A stretch of DNA of 36,839 bases from Chloroflexota bacterium (GTDB taxonomy: Bacteria > Chloroflexota > Chloroflexia > Thermomicrobiales > UBA6265). Position numbers and translations under genes: made by a program. Shown here one piece after another: positions 16,599 through 23,520 of this stretch. Below the pieces are notes generated by a model, which was not told the DNA's origin, did no database searches, and saw nothing but the letters and a program-made list of their open reading frames with translations. How positions within the stretch are numbered: the stretch's first letter is position 1; each line of letters begins with the position of its first letter. The stretch is from positions 1 to 36,839 of the forward strand of contig JAEZJB010000140.1 of assembly GCA_023415845.1 (NCBI GenBank), given 5' to 3'.

Positions 16599-17684
16599 TC
16601 AACTACCAGGCATGGTCGTCAGGTCACCCGCGTTGGCGGCCAGAGGAATCAGGTCGGTCGCGGAAATGCAGAGGTGCACGGTCTCGCCGACCCGCGGTAC
16701 GTGGTGTCGTCCGTCGTGGGGCAGGTCAATGCGCAGCGAAAGATCGCCCGGCAGGCGCGTCCAGATGCTGCAGAAGGTGCCCTTGAACGTGACGTCGGTC
16801 ACCGTCGCCGGCCAGCCAGACTCCGCCAGCCGAATCCGGTTCGCTCGGAGGGCGAACGTGACCGTCTCGCCCGGAGCGGCTGTCGCCCCGGGCAGCGTCA
16901 CATCATGAGCCCCGATCCGCACCACGGCCAGCGCCGCATCCCGTGCGGTGACGACTCCGGTCAGGATCTGGGCACCGAGGAACCTCGCGACGAACGATGT
17001 CCGGGGTTGATCAAAGATCTCTGCTGGTGTGCCTGTCTGCTCGATGCGTCCCGCATTCATCACCGCAATATGGCTGGACATCGCCAGGGCTTCTTCCTGG
17101 TCGTGCGTCACCGCGATGAAGGTGATGCCGGTTCGGCGCTGCAGGTGCAACAATTCGTCCTGCATCTGGCGGCGGAGGTTTGCGTCAAGGGCGGTCAATG
17201 GCTCGTCGAGCAACAGTACGGTTGGCTGCAACACCAGCGACCGGGCCAGCGCCACCCGTTGTTGCTGGCCGCCAGAGAGCTGGTCGGGAAGGCGTGACTC
17301 GAAACCGGCCAGGTCCACCAGGGCCAACGCGTCCGCCACCTGCTGTCGACGCTGGCTCGCCGGCACTCGGCGCATCCGGAGGCCGTAGTCCACATTTTGC
17401 CCAACGGTGAGGTGCGGGAAGAGGGCGTAGCGCTGGAAGACCATCGCCGTCGGTCGCCGGTGCGGCGGCTTCCCCGAAGCGTCCTCTCCCGCAATCCGGA
17501 CGCTCCCGCTGTCGGGGGCAACGAACCCGCCGATGATCCGCAGCAGCGTGGTCTTGCCACAGCCCGATGGGCCGAGCAGGGTGATGAAATCGCCGGGCGC
17601 AACCGCCAGCGAGACGTTATCGACCGCAATGTGCGTGCCGAATCGTTTGGAGATGTGGTCTAGCTCGACATCGGGAGGCGACAC
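16599..17684 (-). CDS. ABC importer ATP-binding protein with C-terminal TOBE-like domain (PotA/MalK-like)
   Basis: Walker A is GPSGCGKTT, the signature is LSGGQQQRVALAR and Walker B is LLLDEP. The H-loop VTHDQ is followed by a ~120-aa C-terminal beta-rich extension. The start is GTG and its Shine-Dalgarno is weak. Confidence 0.9.
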   Translation of the reverse strand: MSPPDVELDHISKRFGTHIAVDNVSLAVAPGDFITLLGPSGCGKTTLLRIIGGFVAPDSGSVRIAGEDASGKPPHRRPTAMVFQRYALFPHLTVGQNVDYGLRMRRVPASQRRQQVADALALVDLAGFESRLPDQLSGGQQQRVALARSLVLQPTVLLLDEPLTALDANLRRQMQDELLHLQRRTGITFIAVTHDQEEALAMSSHIAVMNAGRIEQTGTPAEIFDQPRTSFVARFLGAQILTGVVTARDAALAVVRIGAHDVTLPGATAAPGETVTFALRANRIRLAESGWPATVTDVTFKGTFCSIWTRLPGDLSLRIDLPHDGRHHVPRVGETVHLCISATDLIPLAANAGDLTTMPGS

Positions 17685-17821
17685 GGCCGGGAAACGACTC
17701 CGGGGTGAGGGCGGAGGACATGGTGTTCAGCCTACCCCATAGACCAGACCCTTGCCTTCTCCACCGTTTCCCGATACCGGAGTGGCCGTAACCCACCCGT
17801 GAGAAACCTGCCGGATTTTCA

Positions 17822-17851
17822 TTGACATCAGGCGTTGGCGATCCGTATGCT
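17822..17851 (+). promoter_or_regulatory. Sigma-70-type promoter for padR-mmpL
   Basis: TTGACA (17822-17827), an 18-nt spacer, then TATGCT (17846-17851). It is followed in the 5' leader by the inverted repeat GACGAC-N8-GTCGTC (17872-17891), a candidate PadR operator. Confidence 0.6.
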
Positions 17852-17910
17852 CACCAGAGCAAATGGTCGATGACGACTAATTGGTGTCGTCTAACCGGAA
17901 TCGAATAACC

Positions 17911-18558
17911 ATGGCTCCTTCTCTCACTCCATTGGCCCTCGGAATTCTCAGTACCCTGCGCGATCGGCCCATGCACCCGTACGAAATCCGCCAGACCATG
18001 CTCGAGCGCAAGCACGACGAAATCATCCGCATGCCAGGTGGGTCGCTCTACAGCACCATCGACCGCCTGTTGGCCGATGGCTACATCGAGGTGATCGGCA
18101 CCGAGCGCGCCGGGAAGCGTCCCGAACGCACGATCTATGACCTGACTCCTGCCGGGGAAACTGCCCTGCTTGACTGGCTTCGGCAGGCACTGGTAACCCC
18201 CGGCACCGATGCGTCGCAACTCGCCTCGGTAATCGCCTTCCTCCCACACCTGATGCCTGATGAAGCCCGGTCATTGCTCGTTACTCGCCAGGAAGCGCTG
18301 CGCAACCTGTTGGCCGAGCACGACTCCACCATGCAGGACCGGTTCTGGAGCCGGATGCCCCGCATGTTTCGCCTCCATGGCGAGTACCGGGCGGCGCTCT
18401 GGCGGGCCGAACTGGACTGGGTCACCTCACTGGTGGCCGACATCGAACGCGGAAACCTGAGTTGGCCACCAGTCATCGTGGCCTGGCACCAGCGGCGTGG
18501 CACCTGGCACGCCAACAACGTTGAGATGGCCGCAGCGCCGGGAGAAAACAACACATGA
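17911..18558 (+). CDS. PadR family transcriptional regulator
   Basis: From the ATG at 17911: MAPSLTPLALGILSTLRDRPMHPYEIRQTM...GGSLYSTIDRLLADGYIE...RTIYDLTPAGE, the PadR winged helix. Confidence 0.9.
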   Translation: MAPSLTPLALGILSTLRDRPMHPYEIRQTMLERKHDEIIRMPGGSLYSTIDRLLADGYIEVIGTERAGKRPERTIYDLTPAGETALLDWLRQALVTPGTDASQLASVIAFLPHLMPDEARSLLVTRQEALRNLLAEHDSTMQDRFWSRMPRMFRLHGEYRAALWRAELDWVTSLVADIERGNLSWPPVIVAWHQRRGTWHANNVEMAAAPGENNT

Positions 18559-20660
18559 CCAACGCGGAATCACCTGAGAGCGGATCCAGTCGGTTTGACT
18601 GGCTGGGTCGTCTCGTCTCCGGTCGCCTCAAGTGGGCGGTTGTCGTGTTCTGGGTATTGGTGGTGATCGCCACGCTCCCCCTCGCCAGCCGCATCGGTGA
18701 GGTGGAGGACAACGGCAGCCGGGCCTTCCTGCCCGGGTCGTCCGAATCCCTCGAAGTGCTCGAACTGCAGGACCAGTTCGCCAGCACCGGCTCCACCACC
18801 GCTGTCATCATCTACCATCGCGACGGCGGCCTCGCCGACGCGGACATGGCAACCGTCCAAACCGACGCCGAGGAGATCGCGGCAGCCAGCGACAGCTTCC
18901 GGGTCACCGATCCGATTCCGTCAGAAGATGGGACCGCCATCCTGCTGACGGTGATCGTGCCGGACACCGATGAAGAGCAACTCGATGCCGACGTTGCCAC
19001 CATCCGCGATATCGTCTCGGCCGACCTCGACGAGGGCCTTGTCGCCAAGGTCACCGGTCCGGCCGGTATTGGCGTGGATCTCGGCAAGGTCTTCCAGGGC
19101 ATCAACGGCCGCTTGCTGGCGGCGGCAGCCGTGGTCGTCGCGGTCCTGCTCCTGATCACCTATCGCAGTCCGTTCCTCTGGATCATTCCCCTGCTCGTGG
19201 TCGGATTCGCCGACCGCCTCGCCACCGCCGTGGTCTTTCTCCTCGCGAAAACCTTCGATTTCGGCACCAGCGGGCAAAGCGTTGGCATTATGGCCATCCT
19301 CGTCTTCGGCGCCGGAACCGACTACGCCCTGTTGCTGATCGCCCGCTATCGGGAGGAGTTGCGGCAGGAAGAGTCGGAGGCGCAAGCCATGCGCATCGCC
19401 ATCCGACAGGCCGCCCCGGCCATCCTCGCCTCCGGCGGCACCGTGATGCTCGGCCTGGCCTGTCTGATCGTGGCCGATCTCAATTCCAACCGCTACCTGG
19501 CTCCCGTCGGTATCGCCGGCATCCTCTGCGCCTTGCTGCTGACGCTCACCCTCCTGCCCGCCCTGCTCGTGATCGTGACCCGCAAGGTCTTCTGGCCGTT
19601 CGTGCCGCACTATGGGTCCGAATCTGGTGAGAACTCGAGCATCTGGGCCCGCATCGGGCACTGGGTCGCGGCCCGCCCTCGCCCGGTCTGGATCGGCACG
19701 ACCATCTTCCTTGTGGTGCTCGCGCTGGGCGTGACCCAGTACCAGGTGTCGTTCACCCAGAACGACCAGTTCACCAACAAGCCGGAAGCGATCCAGGGCG
19801 CAGAGTTGCTCGCCGAGAGTTTCCCCGCCGGCAGTGGCTCCCCCACCATCGTCATCGCCAACAAGGCCCAGACCGAGGCGGTGCTCGGTGCCATCCAGGG
19901 CGTCGATGGCGTCGCCAGCGCCAACCCTGCGGGTGAGACCGACGATCTCGTCCAGTTCACCGTGACTCTCGATGCCGAACCAGGCTCCGATCGCGCCTTC
20001 GATATCGTGCGCGACCTGCGTGAGACGGTCCACGCCATCCCCGATGCCAATGCGCTCGTCGGTGGGTCGGACGCCGAAAACCTCGATACCGGTGAGGCCA
20101 ATCAACGGGACCAGCTCGTGACCATCCCGTTGGTGCTGACCGTGGTCTTCATCGTCCTCGCCATCCTGCTCCGCTCGATCCTGGCGCCGGTCCTGTTGCT
20201 GGCCACCAGCGTCCTCTCGACCATCTCGGCGCTCGGCGTCACCGTGGTTGTATTCCGATACTGGTTCGGCTACGACGGTATGCAGGCGGGCGTGCTGCTG
20301 CTCGGCTTCGTCTTCCTGATCGCCCTCGGCGTCGACTACAACATCTTCCTCATGAGCCGCGTGCATGAGGAAAGTCCGTTGATCGGCACCCGCGCTGGCA
20401 TGCTGCGCGGCCTGACGGTGACAGGTGGCGTGATCACCTCCGCCGGTATCGTGCTGGCAGCCACCTTCGCCGTCCTAGGCATTCTGCCGCTGGTCGCCCT
20501 CGCCCAGGTTGGCTTCCTGGTCGCGTTCGGTGTGCTGATGGACGCGCTCCTGGTCCGCTCGATCCTTGTCCCGGCGATTACGCTCGATCTTGGCAAGCGC
20601 ATCTGGTGGCCGAGCGCCCTCAGCAAGCGAGACGGCACGCCAGAAGGCGAACCCGCCTGA
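18555..20660 (+). CDS. MMPL-family (RND superfamily) membrane transporter
   Basis: A 701-aa protein with two blocks of about 6 TM helices. Each block follows a soluble loop domain. The motif GTDYALLLIARYREEL recurs in the second half as GVDYNIFLMSRVHEE. The start overlaps the padR stop (ATGA at 18555-18558). Confidence 0.9.
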   Translation: MTNAESPESGSSRFDWLGRLVSGRLKWAVVVFWVLVVIATLPLASRIGEVEDNGSRAFLPGSSESLEVLELQDQFASTGSTTAVIIYHRDGGLADADMATVQTDAEEIAAASDSFRVTDPIPSEDGTAILLTVIVPDTDEEQLDADVATIRDIVSADLDEGLVAKVTGPAGIGVDLGKVFQGINGRLLAAAAVVVAVLLLITYRSPFLWIIPLLVVGFADRLATAVVFLLAKTFDFGTSGQSVGIMAILVFGAGTDYALLLIARYREELRQEESEAQAMRIAIRQAAPAILASGGTVMLGLACLIVADLNSNRYLAPVGIAGILCALLLTLTLLPALLVIVTRKVFWPFVPHYGSESGENSSIWARIGHWVAARPRPVWIGTTIFLVVLALGVTQYQVSFTQNDQFTNKPEAIQGAELLAESFPAGSGSPTIVIANKAQTEAVLGAIQGVDGVASANPAGETDDLVQFTVTLDAEPGSDRAFDIVRDLRETVHAIPDANALVGGSDAENLDTGEANQRDQLVTIPLVLTVVFIVLAILLRSILAPVLLLATSVLSTISALGVTVVVFRYWFGYDGMQAGVLLLGFVFLIALGVDYNIFLMSRVHEESPLIGTRAGMLRGLTVTGGVITSAGIVLAATFAVLGILPLVALAQVGFLVAFGVLMDALLVRSILVPAITLDLGKRIWWPSALSKRDGTPEGEPA

Positions 20661-20686
20661 TCCAATCCGATCTGCAGGCGTCACAG

Positions 20687-20726
20687 CACCAGGCCGGCCG
20701 GGACATTCCCGGACCGCCTGGTGTTT
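20687..20726 (+). terminator. Imperfect long hairpin plus short T-tract after mmpL
   Basis: CACCAGGCCGGCCGGG and CCCGGACCGCCTGGTG form a 16-bp stem with 2 mismatches and an ACATT loop, followed by TTT. Confidence 0.5.
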
Positions 20727-20856
20727 GCGCGTATGTGGTTCAACCAGGAACCATCTGGGCCGGTCGTCATCTGCCGGGCGATACACTGAACGCTGCCGGT
20801 GGCCCAATACCACCGGATTTCCATCGTTCCGGGTTCCTGCAGAAAGGAGACGTGCC

Positions 20857-22191
20857 ATGCGCCCGCCCCGGCCACCGCTGTCTCCATGGATTGTCTTGCT
20901 GATCATCAGCCTCGTGCTGCTTGCCCGCCTGCCGTTCTTCGGCATGGCCGCACACCGCTACGACGCCTACGGTATGGCCGAGTGGACCTGGGCCCTCGCC
21001 GAACGCGGCCCCACCAGGTTCTACGACCTGGCCCTGGAGGTCGCTCCCGACCACCTGCCCGGCGATCTCTGGATCCTCTGGCTGATGGGGGCACCGCTCC
21101 ACGCGCTCGATCCCGGCTTCGACTTTTACGCTCACCCCTACACGCTAATGCTCAAGACCGTCGCGCTCCTCGCCGATCTCGCCATCGCGCTCGGCTTGCT
21201 GGCGATCGGCTGCAGGTTGGGCAAACCCACGCTCGGCACCGGGTTGGCGGTCGCTTTCGCCCTCAACCCGGCGGCGATCATCATCTCTGCGGTCTGGGGC
21301 CAGTGGGACGCCCTTTCGGTGGCCGCGATTGTGGTCGCGCTCTACGCCCTCCTCGGCGGGCGCTGGACACTGGCGGCGGTCTGCGCCGTCTTCGCCTGCC
21401 TGGTCAAGCCGCAGTTGGGGATCATCCTGCCCGGAATGCTCATTTACCTGAGTCGGACATCGCTCGTGGGGTTCGTCTGGCGCGACTGGCCCTGGCGCAA
21501 ACTCCTGGCAGCGGCAGCAGCCGGCGTCGCGACGTTCTATGCGCTCTGCCTGCCATTCGGGGTGAGCCTGTTCGGGCTTTTCACCCCCTGGTCGATCGGA
21601 GACCGGCTCGCCTTTGCCGCCGACCGCTACCAGTCCACCACCCTTGGCGCCTTCAATCTCTGGCTGCTGCCAATCGGCCGCGAGGTCGCACCGCTGGATT
21701 CCGACTACCTGGTCGGCAGCCTCACCTACCGCGAGGTGAGCATCTGCCTCCTCGTCCTGGCCTGCGGCATCGCCTGGTGGGGAGCTGGCCGCCTGCCCGA
21801 TCCGCGTGCCGCCCTGCTCTGGTCGTCGGTGGTCACCACCTTGGGTGTCTTCCTATTCGCGACCCGCGTCCACGAGCGATACCTCTTCCCGGCGATGGCG
21901 CTCTCGTTCCTGCTGGTGCTGGTCCAGCGGCGCGCATGGTGGATTCCGGCCGCGCTCTCTCTGACGCTCTTCCTCAGTGTCTGGAGCTCTCTCGCCTGGG
22001 AATGGGTACCGGGCGGCACAACCTTTGGCGTCTCCCGCGACCTGATCGTCCGCGTGCTTGCTCTGGTCAACCTGCTGGCCTTCGGCGGCGTCCTGAAGCT
22101 CGGTTGGGATCACCGGTCACGCCAGGCACCGCCAGTCGAGGTCCCATCGTCCCGCCTCTCCCCCTCGTCCATGCAGGGCGACGCGGTCTAG
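20857..22191 (+). CDS. Polytopic GT-C-like membrane glycosyltransferase (ALG6/ALG8- or Gpi18-like family)
   Basis: The ATG at 20857 is preceded by AAGGAG with an 8-nt spacer. The 444-aa protein has about 10-12 hydrophobic helices and an early loop with an acidic motif (APDHLPGD). The family assignment rests on overall architecture and resemblance and is moderate. The upstream 97 codons of the track ORF are rejected. Confidence 0.6.
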   Translation: MRPPRPPLSPWIVLLIISLVLLARLPFFGMAAHRYDAYGMAEWTWALAERGPTRFYDLALEVAPDHLPGDLWILWLMGAPLHALDPGFDFYAHPYTLMLKTVALLADLAIALGLLAIGCRLGKPTLGTGLAVAFALNPAAIIISAVWGQWDALSVAAIVVALYALLGGRWTLAAVCAVFACLVKPQLGIILPGMLIYLSRTSLVGFVWRDWPWRKLLAAAAAGVATFYALCLPFGVSLFGLFTPWSIGDRLAFAADRYQSTTLGAFNLWLLPIGREVAPLDSDYLVGSLTYREVSICLLVLACGIAWWGAGRLPDPRAALLWSSVVTTLGVFLFATRVHERYLFPAMALSFLLVLVQRRAWWIPAALSLTLFLSVWSSLAWEWVPGGTTFGVSRDLIVRVLALVNLLAFGGVLKLGWDHRSRQAPPVEVPSSRLSPSSMQGDAV

Positions 22192-22216
22192 GGGGGCTGG
22201 ATCATGGATACGACAA

Positions 22217-22248
22217 GAGGCGGCTCCCTACGATCTGGGAGCCGCCTC
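22217..22248. terminator. Perfect 12-bp hairpin between convergent genes
   Basis: GAGGCGGCTCCC (22217-22228) pairs with GGGAGCCGCCTC (22237-22248) across an 8-nt loop. It lies between the stops at 22191 (+) and 22267 (-). Confidence 0.7.
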
Positions 22249-22266
22249 CGTTCCGTGCCGGCGGCG

Positions 22267-23304
22267 TCAGGGCGCGGGAGTTGCCGCCTCCGTGCCAGGA
22301 AGCAATTCCCCATTCCACGCGCCAGCGACATCGACATCGTCGCCCAGCAGTCCCTGCGCCTTCAACCAGTCCCCATACGAGTTCCAGCGGTCAGCGGTCT
22401 GCAGCCCAAACGGGATCGTTCCGTCGTCGGTCCAGAGCGGAATCAGCAATTCCAGGCCTTCCAGTTCGACATCGGGCAGCAGGTCCGGCGATTCGGCCAC
22501 CAGCAGGTCGATGGCGGTCTCCGGATCGGCAATCGCGTCTTCATATCCCCGCTGGAGCGCCCCCAGCATCGCGCTGACCATCTCGGGCTGGCTGGCAATG
22601 GTGCTTTCCCCGGACACCAGAACCAGCTCGTAGTAGTCCGGCACGCCCCATTCCTCAACCCGGAAGTAGCGCACCGGTGACCCCTCGCGCTCGGCGAGGA
22701 TCGTTTCGTGGGTCCAGTAGACCCCAATCACCGCATCGGCCCGTTCGCTCAACACCGCCGGCATCAGGTCGTAGCCCACATTCACCATCGTGACGTCGTC
22801 GAGGGTAAGTCCCACTTCGGCCAGAATGGTGGTGATGAAGGCTTCGTCCGCCGGCAGGCCGGAATTGGCGATGGTCTTCCCGGCGAGGTCGGCCGGCGTC
22901 TCGATCTCGGAATCGGCGAGCACCATCAGCGAGTTCAGTGGGTGCTGCACCAGCGCCGCGACCGATACGATTGGAATCTCCTGCTCCCTCGCAAACAACA
23001 CTTCCGACTGGTAGGAAATTCCGAACGTGTCGCGCCCGGCGCCCACGGTCTGCAGCACCGTCGTCGGGTCCGACGGCACCGAGATCGTCACGTCCAGCCC
23101 GGCTTCGGTGAAATACCCGCGCTCCTGGGCCATGAAGATTCCAGCGTGGTTGGCGTTGGGATACCAGTCGAGCGCCAGCGTCACCGGCGTGAGTTCCTGG
23201 GCGGCAACCTGAATCGCTGGCGTCCCCAGGGCGACGACCGATGCGGCCGCGACCCCGGCGGCAGCGAAGTGGCGACGAGTCAGTGAACGATTTGTTGTGG
23301 GCAT
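22267..23304 (-). CDS. Tat-exported NMT1/THI5-like ABC substrate-binding protein (ThiY-like pyrimidine-precursor binding protein candidate)
   Basis: The N-terminus MPTTNRSLTRRHFAAAGVAAASVVALG has a twin-arginine motif. The mature part has NMT1/THI5-like features (LDWYPNANHAGIFMAQERGYF). A TPP riboswitch lies immediately upstream. Confidence 0.8.
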   Translation of the reverse strand: MPTTNRSLTRRHFAAAGVAAASVVALGTPAIQVAAQELTPVTLALDWYPNANHAGIFMAQERGYFTEAGLDVTISVPSDPTTVLQTVGAGRDTFGISYQSEVLFAREQEIPIVSVAALVQHPLNSLMVLADSEIETPADLAGKTIANSGLPADEAFITTILAEVGLTLDDVTMVNVGYDLMPAVLSERADAVIGVYWTHETILAEREGSPVRYFRVEEWGVPDYYELVLVSGESTIASQPEMVSAMLGALQRGYEDAIADPETAIDLLVAESPDLLPDVELEGLELLIPLWTDDGTIPFGLQTADRWNSYGDWLKAQGLLGDDVDVAGAWNGELLPGTEAATPAP

Positions 23305-23321
23305 GGATGTTCAGGTCCTCA

Positions 23322-23415
23322 CGTTTCCTGCGCGGGGATTATCCCGATCAGGTGCGACGGTCGGTGGCGGTGAGCCACCCTCTCAGCCCGGTCCGTCCGA
23401 GCTCCCGTTGGGGGA
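23322..23415 (-). promoter_or_regulatory. TPP (THI-box) riboswitch
   Basis: The minus strand reads CAACGGGAGCUCGGACGGACCGGGCUGAGAGGGUGGCUCACCGCCACCGACCGUCGCACCUGAUCGGGAUAAUCCCCGCGCAGGAAACGUG. It contains the invariant CUGAGA and ACCUGAUC.GGAUAAU.CC.GCG.AGG elements in the correct order. A GAGGA Shine-Dalgarno and the ATG of the binding-protein gene lie directly 3' of it. The aptamer boundaries are approximate. Confidence 0.85.
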
Positions 23416-23520
23416 TGAATTGTGCCCCTAGTGTACGGGATTGCCCCGTAGTGGCCCAGCATCATGGGCGATTTGCTATCGTGTGAACGCATGCTGAACG
23501 TCAATGCGGGGGATGCCTGA

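Noticed and set aside
18921-20366. 481-aa minus-strand ORF
   Set aside because: It is antisense to the MMPL transporter. Its composition (Gly/Asp/Glu/His/Arg runs) mirrors the hydrophobic codons read backwards, and no motifs are present.
20799-22577. 592-aa plus-strand ORF overlapping the GT-C-like gene in another frame
   Set aside because: It is extremely Arg/Pro-rich and runs through the convergent-gene terminator into the antisense of the binding-protein gene. The alternative frame gives a coherent polytopic membrane protein with a strong Shine-Dalgarno.
16599-23304. Idea that the orphan ABC ATPase (16599-17684) partners with the orphan ThiY-like binding protein (22267-23304)
   Set aside because: The ATPase is PotA/MalK-type with a TOBE-like tail. 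ThiXYZ/NitT-TauT systems use short ATPases without that domain. The genes are 4.6 kb apart in different operons, and no permease gene is present.
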